64,000 nt of DNA from Dicyema japonicum (taxonomy: Eukaryota > Animalia > Dicyemida): contig RDEW01000022.1 in the NCBI GenBank assembly GCA_011109175.1, positions 229,834-293,833 of the forward strand, in the 5' to 3' direction. The notes beneath the pieces are model-generated. The model saw nothing but the letters and a program-made list of their open reading frames with translations. It did not search any database and was not told the DNA's origin. Below, piece by piece: positions 1 to 13,039 of the stretch. Made by a program: the position numbers and the translations under genes. Within the stretch, counting starts at the first letter, position 1; the number at the start of each line of letters is the position of its first letter.

Positions 1-720
1 GTAAATGACATCCATTCCTAGCAGTTGTGAAAACTCCTCCAGTGGAGTGAAAGATGGCTGGATTCGCTGTGTTCTCCTAATTTCTTCCTAAATTCTCAGG
101 AATAGATTATCTGATTATAATGTTGTACCTACAGAAACTCATACTGGTCGAAAACGTTGGAATTCTACTGTCCTCGTGGAATTTCATGAATTAGCCTGAG
201 AAGGTGGCCATGGCAAGTATATACCTAGCCTTTTGACAGTTTAACGTACTAATTAGGTTAATGGTAGTAAGAGATTCCTGCGATATTTCGGATCATATAC
301 CATTCCCTTACACTACTGGTTCATTTCTTTGAGGGATCTCTACACATATTTAGGCTGAGTTGATCTCGGTGTTGAAATGCGTCAGATTCCACCATTGCCT
401 ACTGTTCGACGCCTTTCTCTTACTATAAAATGTTCCTTTCTCGAGAGGAGCCTATAAGGAGCATTTACTTTTCATCAACCCACTAAATCGTTTCTTGGAG
501 GTTTCCATTACATCTAAAAATTGGTCTCTCTATTTAATCCCCAAGGGTTCTCGGTGGACTTCTGAGTGCCCTTGGATGGACTTGTTGCAGTCGGTCACTG
601 TTAAACTAGACACAATTGATTTTTATTTCTAGATAATCAGCTGATGTTATGACTTACCTGGTTCTTACCTATCTACCTCGTATAAGTCTCCTATAACGTC
701 TGTTGATTACTGAAGAACTA

Positions 721-944
721 CAGAAGCGTCAAGATTCAAAGGATTTTGATAAAACCCCAGATGAGTGGAGTGGTCTATTATCGAAGTGGTCGCTTATTAG
801 GATATTATAAATATTATATCTTATCCTCTAACCAGAAGCGTCAAGATTCAAAGGATTTTGATAAAACCCCAGATGAGTGGAGTGGTCTATTATCGAAGTG
901 GTCGCTTATTAGGATATTATAAATATTATATCTTATCCTCTAAC
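721..944. repeat. Perfect tandem duplication, 2 x 112 bp
   Basis: cagaagcgtc...cctctaac occurs at 721-832 and 833-944. Confidence 0.95.
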
Positions 945-1124
945 AAGGACATACATTTCTTGCCTTAATCTCCAATGATGTTATTGAATAATTAAAAGCT
1001 GGATCAAGACACCTTCGTGAGTGCTGTTGGTTATTTGAACGAATCTCCGAGAGTGAATAGCCAGGCAGTCAGGGGAGCCGCTATATGACCATTTACTCTC
1101 TTTTCTTTCTTAAATAAAATACAT

Positions 1125-1382
1125 TAGTCCAAAAACTGGATAAAATGGATAATGAACTTTCCGAGCATAGTATACTTGTATCTCAGACATGGACAAAAGA
1201 GGAGTTATACAGGGATCAATCTTCAGTCAGCAGCTGTTCGACATTGTCATGACTAGTCCAAAAACTGGATAAAATGGATAATGAACTTTCCGAGCATAGT
1301 ATACTTGTATCTCAGACATGGACAAAAGAGGAGTTATACAGGGATCAATCTTCAGTCAGCAGCTGTTCGACATTGTCATGAC
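1125..1382. repeat. Perfect tandem duplication, 2 x 129 bp
   Basis: tagtccaaaaactgg...cattgtcatgac occurs at 1125-1253 and 1254-1382. Confidence 0.95.
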
Positions 1383-1631
1383 ATACTTTCCTATGACATA
1401 CTCTCTACGCACGAGAATATTAATTTACTGAGTAGACACGCTTTTTTAAAGTCAAAAACAATATCCTAAAGACGACTTGCAGTGTAAATAGAAGAGACGT
1501 TCCTCATTGTCTTTTCAAGTGCTATACTGTCTCTGATCTATGGGTCTGGAAAATGATCTTTTCCCCAAGCTAAAGACCGATATTGAGAAAGGCAGTTATA
1601 AAGATTTCCCTTTGGAAAAGACCACTTAACT

Positions 1632-4200
1632 CTAATAAAAGAAATCACAGAGAACGAATGAAGAATTTCTTACAAGAAAGTCTAACCTTGGACTCGTGTA
1701 ATATGCATCAGTGTGTATAAACAGTATATGTGGAGAAGAAACGGTTGAAGAAACTCCATCTTGTAATACCATTTCTTTTGAAGTCAATTTGTCGATAGGG
1801 TGGTCGGTCAAAGATGAAAGAGCAGATGACGTCACTTCCTTGCACGAATGCTCAGCTTTATCACAGTTATAAATTTTTTCATCCCCCTTTGGACAGAATA
1901 GTGAGCTATTAGACATCATACACGAACGGCAGGGTTTAAGGGATATGGATATTGCCTACCCTAGAATATGGTTCGGACAGCAGAGTTGTTCTCGAAAATA
2001 ATATTGTCTGTTCTCTTTGGAGAATAGTGTGCTTGGAGCACTCCTTTTTGATCTGACTGTCGATGATGTCGTATACAATGTGCTTTTTCTATTCAACGTA
2101 TTGTATATGGATGACGTGGAGGCCCTTATGACTCCGTCTTGAATGACCTCCATGTCATTAACATCTTTAAGGAGTCTTTGATTATCAACATCTCTATGTC
2201 CGCCCAAGATTTAGTTTTTGTTGCCGGAGCTTTAAAGATCAGTTTACGGGATAAAGGATCGGGAAGTGGGTGAATTTTAATTTCTTAAGATTTGTTTTGG
2301 CGACGACGGAGAGCTCTTTCCTCGAAGGACTCTCTGCTACACTCTATATCAGAGAAACACAAAGGATTTTAAGGTTGAATCGACGATGCTTAGCATTTCC
2401 TATGCTAAGGATCCTTGATTCACCATGGGTTCTTCCTGCTGAAAAATTGTCTTTCTTACTCTTTGTTCTGAAATACTCGTCATCTTTTATGCACAGGGAC
2501 ATCCTAAACATCATCAACTCAAATCCTTAGTGGAGGGAATTTTTTTATTTAGCTCAACGATCTAGGCTTGAGGCAGTGCAATCTCCGGACCTTTCAAGAT
2601 GATCTAGGCCTCAAATCTTCGGCCGAAATTTCGCTCCTTGCTTTTCTTTTTTCATGTGCTTCATGTGTTTGCCTTTCGTCGAGATTTTTCTCAACATTTT
2701 AAGATCTTTTCTTGAAAATTTATCTCTAACTAGTGACGTAGCCGATTTATTAGGGATAGATTTTGTAGTGGGTGAACAATTGAGAAATGATAATATAAAC
2801 TTTCGTGTATTAATCTCAAACTTGGAATGCTGGCAGATGCAATTACATGGCAGATGGAATAATCATCTTTTTCGCTGCTGGGAATCACCTATTATGGAAT
2901 GTAACGTATATGAACAACTTCGCTTCAAATAACCTCCTTCAGAGTGTTGCCAATACCAGTTGAGCTCTGGGTAGGTGAAATATTGAAGTGCTGAAAGTAT
3001 GCTAACCTTTTGGTGAGCATAATGAAAGCTATGGTACTTATAGCACCGCATGGGTAGGACACACACTTTATTTTAGAGTAAGGTCACGCAGTTATTTTAA
3101 CTAAACGTGGAAAAGGGGATAAAGTACGTTCTTAACTTTTTCTATTTGTTGGGTGTGAGCCCTTGTAAACAATCTGATACCGAGTTAAATATCACTGATT
3201 ATGACGTCTCTTGTCAAACCAAGAACCATCATATGTGGGTTGGACTTTCTGTCGGGATGGACAGCAACAAGAATCGAACATTCGGATTTTTTCCAAGATT
3301 TGAACACTGCGCAATACTCATGGCCATAATAATATTAACTATCAGTATCAGAGGTGATCTTCAGAGTTCTTTCAATTTTGAGTTGGACAAGGTTCGAAGT
3401 GGAATTTTCTGTTTCCTATGTCTCCCGAGTCTGTAACCTAGTCAATGCTTACTCAAAAAAAGGAAGATGAAGTTTCCATAAATCATGAAGCTAATTTTAC
3501 ATTTCGTTCAATACAATAGAATAAACTTATTAGAATATATGCGACTTACGAATCTTTCCGAAGTCAAAGGCAAGCCCACTTAGAACCAAGATGTGGGTAC
3601 GTCAATACGTAACAGTTACAAAAATTCACAAGAAATTATCAATGGAAAATATAATGGTGTTATTTGGTGCCATCCTATCTTTAGACATGTGAACCAACTG
3701 ACGCTGAGTTAATACCATCAGGACAGGGAAGATAAAACAGAATCCTCCACCCTTGTTGTCAGTGGTGAATTGAACTTATATAAATATTATTATTGTTAGG
3801 TATTTAGCAAAACCACTTACATTCATGTTGTGTCGTCCATGTTCAAGTTTATCAGTGTTTTGAGAGTAACGGATTCAAACTCGGAACGTTGGAGAATCTG
3901 ATGTCTTTCGAATTGCTCATTTATTCACTCGTTATGGATACATGTTCCCTCTCTCAGATTCAATCTTGAAATTTCAAAGTGTTACAAATTCTTGGACCAC
4001 TCACCCAGACATAGATATCATATCATCCCACTCATTCAGAAAGACTTATGGGAGCGTATAGTAATCGTGGTAGGCATTTGAAGAGGTAGTTATCCATATG
4101 GTTAGTTTTAGTTGAGTAATTAACTAATATTTAACAAGTCAGATGGATAAATTCTTTTAAAGAATCATCATTAACACAACTCTCCATTAATATTTAATGA
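1632..4200 (-). pseudogene. Decayed, unidentified protein-coding sequence
   Basis: Long, nearly open minus-strand frame with scattered stops (e.g. YFTYPELNWYWQHSEGG, LPCNCICQH); no family recognised. Confidence 0.2.
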
Positions 4201-4382
4201 CACTTACCCTCTCAATTACCATTCATGGTTTATGCATCTTACTTCCCAGTTGAAAATCGTGGCACATAATCAGTTTCCTTAGTTGGAAAGACTGCCCATA
4301 TAACAATAATAAACATTCCATAAAAAAGCGATTCAGCCAATTAAATAAATTAAATACATTAAAATCAAACAATAACAACAAT

Positions 4383-5380
4383 CCTTTAATAACTTCAATT
4401 GGACGAAATTCGATGCACTTTTTACAAATATACATGTGTCCACTACTTCGGAAACGTCGTAAATTGACTGGGAAGCCTCTTCCATCGTCAATTTGGGGTA
4501 GGCCAGTCTGTTAGATTTTACCTTCTGTCTTATTACTTCCAACAGATCTTCATCATCTCGCTTTCGCTCGGGAAAGAGCCCTTCCAGCTCGGTGATACGT
4601 GATTCCTAATGTCTCAGAAAACCCTACGTCTGTCCCAGTCAGCACATAACTGCACGTGCCCATCGTCCTGGGCTAGCCATTCAACTACAAATATAAACTC
4701 TAGCAAACTTGGTAATCAACAGGGATCATAGGATGATGAGGCGGAAAGGGTCGGGCTGATCCCTTCCGATAGACCAGAAGCTGCACCCGTCTCCCATCAA
4801 CCACATGTTCCTCCATTTTAGCGATGTTATGCGAGACGTCATATACCACGTGCATGTCCTACACTTCTGGGAAGTATCAAACTGTTTGTAGAGATCTTCA
4901 AATGACTGAAAACAAAACCTGCCGCATAAGAAAGGTCATCGATGATTGGTTCATCAAGGAATAGTTGGCCGCTGCAGCCATCGCCTTTAAATAATTATGG
5001 CCTTCTTCTGAACAGATTCTTGCACATGGCAATTGCGGGTCAATCATATCAATCTGGTCTATTCTCATAGATTTATCCACTTGAACCAGAGCATCTTGGT
5101 TGAATCAAATAACTAACCAGTAGAGAGTTGGTGATCCAGTCTTCGACTTCCAATGTGGATCATCACATAGGGCTTACTCTGTCGAACCCCATCTTGAGGA
5201 AGAAAATTTGTCGAAATTTAATCCACTACTTGGATCTCCGCATAGTGATTTCCCACACCCAAAGTAGCTAGCTGAGGAAGACCTCTTTTCTAGTCCTTGA
5301 AACTGACTTTGGAAAGGTCCGCCTGTAGGATGAGACTGTACTCCTCAAAATGCTTCTTATCCTCAAAATGCTTCTTATCC
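4383..5380 (-). pseudogene. RTCB: RNA-splicing ligase RtcB pseudogene (C-terminal part, introns retained)
   Basis: Fragments [76 protein letters not shown] and RPIEVIKG match RtcB. In-frame TAG and loss of VLIG after a 24-nt GT-AG intron near 4685-4708; several frameshifts. Confidence 0.9.
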
Positions 5381-5489
5381 AATCCTAGTTTCGTCCGATT
5401 TCACTGACGCGCAATCCTTTATTGGCGTTAGAAAAATTAGTTTTTTTGACGATTATTCCCGAATTGCCAGGGCCATCTTCCAACATAGT

Positions 5490-6240
5490 ATTCGAATATA
5501 AAGATCTACCACAACGCTCTTGTCAACTCTATCTCAAATTATTATGGACGGCTTTAATGATCTAGGACCCCATATGGAGCACGACGGTGATTTCGATCAA
5601 CGTTCAAAAGGGTTTTTATTCTGTCTCAGTGACACACCTAACAAAAAATTTTGATACTAATATTCACCATAATCTAAAACTCTGGTTAGAAAACTTCCTG
5701 TCAGGAGGGCATGGAAGAGTATTCGTGGAAAACAGCAGGTAGATATCATAAATGATATCAAATGAAGTCCTACAGAGTTCCCTACATTTTGTTTAATTTA
5801 TTTTTTCATGACGTTCACCGAATTGAGGATTCCAACATTCTTGTTGTATGCAGACGATTTTATCACTGCCTCTAGGAACGCGTGCCTCTCCCTGGCGATC
5901 GCAGTAGTTTAGGCACACTCTCTAGCTTCACTCTATTCACATCGGATTGTTTCAGTTCTAGCTCCTCCTGGGATATGTGCTTATAGCCATTTCAATCCTA
6001 ATATCTTATGATGTCGTACAACAAACTAATTAACCTTACAAGGGCCTCAGACCAACTCCTAACGAAAAGACTAGAGGTTGAATATCCTCAATGTAATTGC
6101 TAGGAAAAGCACATAACACCATAAGACTATTGAATATGCTTGTGCCATTTGGAGGTTCGCACTCTGCGTCAACGATTAACAAATCAGCTTATTCTCAAGA
6201 GGTCTACGCTCCAGTATCTGTTCTCTCCGATGGCTCGTAG
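5490..6240 (+). mobile_element. Degenerate APE-type LINE RT fragment
   Basis: YADD (tatgcagacgat, ~5848), WLENFLSG and EYACAIW remnants with stops and frameshifts. Confidence 0.7.
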
Positions 6241-7817
6241 ACACAAATTCATGTACATTTTTAGTTCAGGTTTTGTCTTTTGCCCGAGGTGGGATTTTTC
6301 TGTTTGTTCTTAGGAGATTAGTGAATGTTCTCTGCATGTGTGTAGTTAGTAGATTCAAGTAATAGGAACCTCTAATCAAATGTATCCAATCCCCAAGATC
6401 ACATAATCAGAGACTTTTTAATATCGAACAAATCCACCCAAAACTATTAAAAAAATCATCATCCAGTCCTAATAGATATATGAACCTTTTCAGTTGAGCG
6501 GGAAATAGCGAATGATTTTTTTTCGTCCACCTTGGCACTGGGATAACTGGAAGAGATGGATGCATGAATAGAATTACTGGATTATTCTATAATGCTATAA
6601 CTCATGTTTTTTGTTGTTTAAAGTATTAATGGAATTCTTAAAATGTTATTTTTTGATCAATGAAAAGCATAAAAATCCTAAAATTACGATAAAGCCAATA
6701 CTATCTTAGAACCCAGAGCATAGTTACTTGACGATCCTCGTTATGAATTTTTGTATATCCGATATTTTCAAATCCATCAATTCGTCCATTAACCTAATAA
6801 AACGAATTGAAACTAAATGTCAAGTCCATCTTGAGAAGATTAAGTCATTTTGTGTGATAGACGTACCTCACCCCCTAAACTATTCGATAAAGTCAAAATA
6901 AGAGCGACGACGTTGATCAATTTCTTTAACTATTTCTGTCAATGGCGTCAGTTTGAAGGACCGCGGTAATGAGCGTTCACGTGGTCAGAAGACGTTCATA
7001 CGCTCTCCCTTATATACGAACGTTCCTAAGACAACGATGCTGTCCTACAAGGTGTGTGCTTCCACGTGTTTGGCGTTTATTAGCATGCATTATATCTACA
7101 ATAATGAATGTTTGACATTCGGATTATATTACGTGCATTCAATTCATCACAATTGTTCGGAAAATCGGTAAAACGCGTGTTTTAGGCGTTTATTAAGGAA
7201 TGGGAGATGTTCAATCAGATTGTAGATAGTTCTAAGGACTTTGGAGACAACATTGAAGGTATTCTGAAATAGGCAAAAATAGGATAATTTACCTGAATTT
7301 TACTCCTGTTTGAAATTGGAGAATGAGGACTGAGGAAACGTGTTTATACCAGTTCACAGCGTGAAAATGAGTCCCCCAACCTCAAGAAAATCTCATCCTA
7401 CCAAAAATGCTTACTAATTCAAGCACTTAGACCTGACCTCTTCAACTGCCTTCAGTGGATTTGTCTTTCTTCCATCCGTTTAACTTACAAAATATTTCAG
7501 GGATCCCTGATTTATCTTCTTGCATTATGAATGTTAGCGAAATATATAAGCTGAGGAATGAATAAATAGTTCCTTTTGAATAACGTAGAGTTAATGACGC
7601 CATCAGAGGGAAGGATGAGAAATTTTCAACCAATTAGATACATGACACCATATGGCGCGAAACGACTTCAAAATTAATGAGTGCTCCCTTAATTTGTCAG
7701 TGGGGTTTGACCTTATCGGCAGCAGTTAGATTTGAGTCTCAAGCACTTTTTTTCTTACGTTAAAAATCTAATAACAAATAAAGCGAAAATTTTGTTGTAG
7801 ACGTTTAATCGATCCAT

Positions 7818-8724
7818 ATGGATATCATCCACTGTCGTGCAGGTTGAGCTATTTCAACCTGACTTTGAATAACGCACTTCCATCTGCTGGCCACCACTGC
7901 TTTTTGGAGTCAACCGATTTCATTATAAACTATGGCAAACACCCCGACGGGACGACAAAATTACCTTTTGCTAGTGGTAGGGATGATAACATTCCTGGTT
8001 CGAAACACTACATGTATCGTTTGATACATGCTCCCTGAAAATTTGGGCGCTTTAGTCGCGGACCCATTCATGCTTCGAAGCAAGCCAAAAAATTTAAAAG
8101 AAGGAACTTCGAAGTATTTCGAGGATAATTTGTTTGTCCCATTTACTGTTGAAACGTTATTATTCCTTGGCCCACAAGAGGGAGATCTAGTCCGTCGGAT
8201 CGGCTCAATGATTCAAAGGGATTCACACGAGGATGGATATAATGATATTAAGAATCAATCCTACTGCCATAATTATCGAAATTTGATTTGTCTAAAGACG
8301 GATGCCGAAAACATAATTATAAATAAGTCGGATGGAAGCGTTGTATATTACAGAACTACAGAAACAAACTCTATACAGAATGGTTACTCGTGTAGTTTGA
8401 TCCCTGATGATAAAAGAAGAGATTTGGATAATAAGATCAAGTACTCGGAATAAGGACTACTAATACTGGATGATGAGTTTATCACTCTATTAGAGATAGA
8501 GAGGGTAGTCAGAGAATTCAAAGCAAATGTGTCTGGTTATGACGACATAGACATGATGTTTTTCACCGAGAGACTGAATATATTGTTTGGTGTTTACGAC
8601 CTTATAGTCTATTGATCTTCTAAGTTGTAATGTTCGGCATTAATCTTTCCGTCAGCTATTGAAGCGTAATAACCGACTAATGTCAAGTCTTTGATGATAC
8701 AAAAATTTTCACAAATCGATTGAG
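7818..8724 (+). pseudogene. Broken ORF, possibly a very divergent M13/neprilysin-like peptidase remnant
   Basis: ORFs 7844-8038 and 8028-8453 continue past a stop. NLFVPF...IGSMIQRDSHEDGYND, a downstream Cys and DMMFF weakly recall the M13 C-terminal domain; no HExxH. Confidence 0.25.
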
Positions 8725-8821
8725 AAAACAATGGACACATCGTATATTAAGCGCAACTAATTCAAATATCAAGTATTGAATTGCTTCTTCGTTACGTTGC
8801 CATTCTGAGAGGTAAGCTCCA

Positions 8822-9600
8822 TTCATTATTATTATTATAACCCCGGGAACACAGGAAAGAGGAAAAAGTTATCGTCTAATTAAGTGATCCCGGTGTCAGT
8901 GCGTCCTCCTTTGTTTCGACTTTGTCTCCAATCTTTTATGATCGTCCAAAAGAGGGAAGGTTTGATCTCAAATTTGCGAGCATACTTCTGGTAGGCGAGA
9001 AACTCTTTTTCAAGGGGGCTACCGGAAGATCACACGATTTTCAAAAATTTTTGTTGTTCGTCACCGAGATGTTCCATAACTTTTTTTTATGGAGACGTTC
9101 CTTATTTGTGACGTAGGCGTCATTGGTTTTGTATGACCTCTAATTTGTTCTGCGTGGATATTGACAATGGTGTACGCCGTATATGCATGTTCCATTGTCG
9201 GTAGAATATACTGTTTGTATAATAATTTGAGATGAGAAAGTGAAGATATTGGAGATGTAGCAAAGGTCTTGAGGATCCCTATCTTTATTTGAACTCTTGA
9301 AATTGTTGTGTCCACATGATGTGTGAACGTCATCAACGGGTCATATGTAGCTCCAAGGATTGATGGGTTCTTATTAACTGGGATAAGCTCTCCATTCCAA
9401 GTTAATTTAGGATCGAAGGATGTATGTTTCCTGTAGGATGAGATAATCGCAGTGCTCGACTTACCAGGGGATATTTTCATGTGGTTTTTGAGAAACCATG
9501 GGTTCATAATGTCGAGGGTCCCCTGAACCCTTCGTGCAGCTTCTTTATGGTCTTGGTGTCTTGCTGCGACAATGAGATCGTCGGCAAAAGACAGAAGGAT
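8822..9600 (-). mobile_element. 5'-truncated APE-type LINE with 3' stem-loop and (TAA)n tail
   Basis: FADD, ILGATYDPLMTF, LYKQYILP; ends CCGGGATCAC...GTGTTCCCGGGG followed by TTATAATAAT. Confidence 0.85.
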
Positions 9601-9699
9601 GGTTAATTCTCGTTAAATTTATTAATTCTCGATAAATTTTGAATAATCTAAATTTATTTATAAAAATTTTTGCATAAGATGGCGAACCTTTTAATAAAT

Positions 9700-11450
9700 T
9701 AATATATTATATGACGCATGTTTGTCATTTCGTTGTGTTGGTTATTTTTTCTTTATTTAATCTATTTTTTCTCCTATATTGTCATATTTTTTATTCAATT
9801 ATATATACATTATTCGATTTATCAAATACTGTCGAAGGCTGTTATCAAAATATATAATCTATTGCTTGATAACATATAAATATGGATTATTCTCCACTAT
9901 TTGATTTTTCGGTTTTGAATTTAATTTTTCATTTTTATCAAGGCTTGTTCTATTTTAGTGAAAAATATATTTTAATTTATTTTTATCACTATTTTTGATA
10001 TTTTTTGAAGAAAATGTTGTAATATTTTCTCATTGAAGCCTAAAATTCCATATTCCCAGCAATATTTTGTCGAATTAGAATTTTTGTTCAACGAGTCCAC
10101 CCATGAACCATTTTAGATGGAGTCTAGCGGTACCCACTTCCATTTGTAACCATTTAGTACTACCCCACATTCTATAATAGTTTGTATGATATTAGAACCT
10201 TTCCATATGATGTGTATGGGCACCAGTACTCAGGTCAATTTATTATTACAAGAGAAAATTAAATACTTATGCTTCCCTGACATATTTGTACATAAAGACA
10301 CTGAATCAATCTTTATAATTATATATTCGTCAAAGTCCCTTCATTTGAATATGTTTCATTAATGCTCTTCAAATATATATCAACCAATAAGTCATCTGAT
10401 CGTTTGTGACAAAAGTTATCAAAATATTGTCTTTAATATTTAGGTAACCACGAATAAGCTTATTTCCGCAGTATATCTATTGTTTTTCAGTATGTACATA
10501 AAATATATTGAATATCATTGAAACAGACAATAAATTGAATATTTTTCAAAATTATTTTTCCCTATTGACAAAAAATATATTTGTTATTATAATATGTGTG
10601 TCCATTCATGTGAGTTATAGAAAAAATTTTATTTTATCCAAATTTGAGCCATCCATATAAATATGGATTATTCTCTACTGGTGTTTGATTTTTCTCAATA
10701 CTGGTGACATGGGTTGTCTCCATTCTATTGTGTCTCGACTGAATTATACGTAAAGTCCCCCAGTTTTATGTATGTGTCCAAAATCATTGATCTCCTCCTG
10801 AAACCGTTGATTCGATCCTCCACAATCCTGCTAATTGACACTAGCAGTTTGTCTTTGTCCTTGCTTAGACAGTCTCTCAGTTTTTTGTTTAAAAGAGCTT
10901 TTTGAAGTCTTATTTCTCTTTGACCCCTTTCATCAGCTTTGGTGTCATCAATATGTTTAAGCACATGCTTTTTTGGAAGCAATACAATCATTCATACCTG
11001 TTTTTGTTACCTTTGGGAAACTTGTTGATTTTGGCATCAATAGCCTTCATCCTCAGCTCTGTCGCCTTAGTCAATCTCACGGAAGATAACATTGAATGTG
11101 CTCAAACTTAAACTTATGGTAAAACTAGCTAAAGTAGGAATGTGCAGGGACATGGGGAAGCTCCTAACGGGGGAATTAAATGTTTGTTCAGTCTCGAGGT
11201 TTTTTTTCTTGTGTGCACTGCGACTAGAAATGGTTTTGGTCAAATAGTTTTGGTGTTTGCTTTTATTTCTAGCCAATTATTTAGTTTTATTCTTCTATTG
11301 TCGATTTTTTGACATGATTAATAAACGAACCTTCTACGACGGAATCCTCCACGTATTCTGAGAGGTCACCATTTTCGTTGTAATGTTGCGTCCTTTGGAC
11401 AATTCTCATTTTTCTATTTCTTTCAGATGTTTTCAATACTTGGTTCTGCT
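9700..11450 (-). other. Cluster of short, apparently intronless, decayed ORFs of unknown origin
   Basis: Closely packed basic ORFs (MRIVQRTQHY..., MLSSVRLTKATELRMK..., ...QKALLNKKLRDCLSK...) and a repeated VENNPY-encoding segment near 9885 and 10665. Confidence 0.25.
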
Positions 11451-11580
11451 TGTATATATATGTTGCAGTCAATTTGTGTAATCCTTTGTGTAATCAATCA
11501 ATTAATGAAATGACTAAGAATTTCAGTCAATTCACGAAATTACTAAAAAATGATTCAGTAATTTCATGAATTGTCTGGAC

Positions 11581-12917
11581 CAGTGGTTCCCAACCTTGAG
11601 GTGGTCGCGGAACCCTTTTGGGTTAATTTATTTTTTGCGGATCCCTTCCAATTAAATTATTACAATTTTCACTTAAAACATAATCGTAATTATTATTATT
11701 AATCGTAATAACCAAAAACAATTTTAATGTGAGCATTAGCTGTGTAACGTTGGGAGTCATTGTTGACAACTCTATCATCATATTAGCGGAAGCATTGAGT
11801 TTATTTCTCTATTTTGTTTTCGTAGATGTATATACTGAAAACCCCGACTCGCATAAGTAAGTTGTTGGAAAAGGTAATAGTTTACGTATAGCCTTTTTTG
11901 AGATATCAGGATATTGTGAAATGGATGCTCTCCAAAAATTAAAAAGGAATTTATTTTTATATAGTTTTTTTTTGATTTGATTTTGATTAATAAGATGTTA
12001 ATATTCAATTGATGTTAGATTTGCTGGTATTACTTTAACTACTAAACCTGATGGGTTTTTGGTTCCTGAAAAACCGTCTGAATATATAACCAGGAAAGTC
12101 ACATGTAATGACGTTTACCTCAGCACGAAAAGAATTACGGGCAACACAACGAATAACATTGTGTGACTCTCCGCTTCCCATTAAGAAAACCCTTTCAATT
12201 TTCGTAGTCATCCTGGATTTCCTACTCACGTTTACCCATCAAGTGGACAAAGTAACAGCGAAAATCTAAAAGAAAATTGGAATTCTCAAGGCGTTCACTC
12301 ATTCTCCAGTATCTTCACGCCCATCATTAGAGATTCTATACAAACAATTTGTTTTATCGAGTATCGAGTACGCCTGTGCTGCATAGATTGCTCCGTTATC
12401 ACTATCGGCAAAAAGTAAGCTGGAGGTTTTACAAAATCGACGTCTCAGGATTCTATTGAGATCGTCGAAAAAGACGTCCACCTCGTTACTTTGGAGAACA
12501 CTAAACGTCCACCCCAATCATCGAATACCTTACGGAACCGGGACTTCCTTAAGATGGCAAAGTCCCCTGACCATCCCCTCGGACCGCACATCAGACTATA
12601 TATATGGACGCCTACCTGAGATATGAGACGAAACCTTACCCGCTGTGGAGATTAATCCAGGACTCCAACACTAACCGCAGGAAAAGGACTGGTATGGACA
12701 CCGGGATCACTTAATTAGACGATACCTTTTATCCTCTTCCTCGTGATTTCGGGGTTAATATAATAGATAAATAAAAATTAAAAATCTAATAACATTGACT
12801 AACTAAACCCAAACAGAAACAAGATATAGATGTTTAATATATTTTAATAATTAAAAACTATTATTAAATAATTTATAATAAATTTCGCGGAACCCTAAAA
12901 CTGGTTGGGAACCACTG
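11581..12917 (-). mobile_element. Non-autonomous hAT (Buster/Charlie) element
   Basis: Perfect 15-bp TIRs CAGTGGTTCCCAACC; degenerate TSD gtctggac/gtttgac; dimerisation-domain remnant PFPTTYLCESGFS at ~11835-11875. Confidence 0.9.
12035..12778 (+). mobile_element. 5'-truncated LINE nested inside the hAT element
   Basis: YKQFVLSSIEYACAA; ends TGIT* with stem CCGGGATCAC/GTGATTTCGG; close relative of 30765-31430. Confidence 0.85.
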
Positions 12918-13039
12918 GTTTGACTGAATTAAACTTGTAAACTTTCAGTCATGTCATGAATTGAATGATTACACAAATTGACAGTTACATATATATACAA
13001 CATTGAACTTTAATAAGAATACAAGTCCGGGCTGTTGAG

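Larger units (their letters stand above)
11461..12989. mobile_element. Fold-back MITE with TGT...ACA termini in a (TA)n site, interrupted by a hAT element
   Basis: ~60-bp imperfect TIRs tgttgcagtcaatttgtgtaatc... / ...gattacacaaattgacagttaca, tatata flanks, internal palindrome at 11526-11573. Confidence 0.7.

Noticed and set aside
11451-12998. Inverted TATATA-flanked repeats as a bidirectional promoter
   Set aside because: Better explained as MITE terminal inverted repeats in a TA microsatellite
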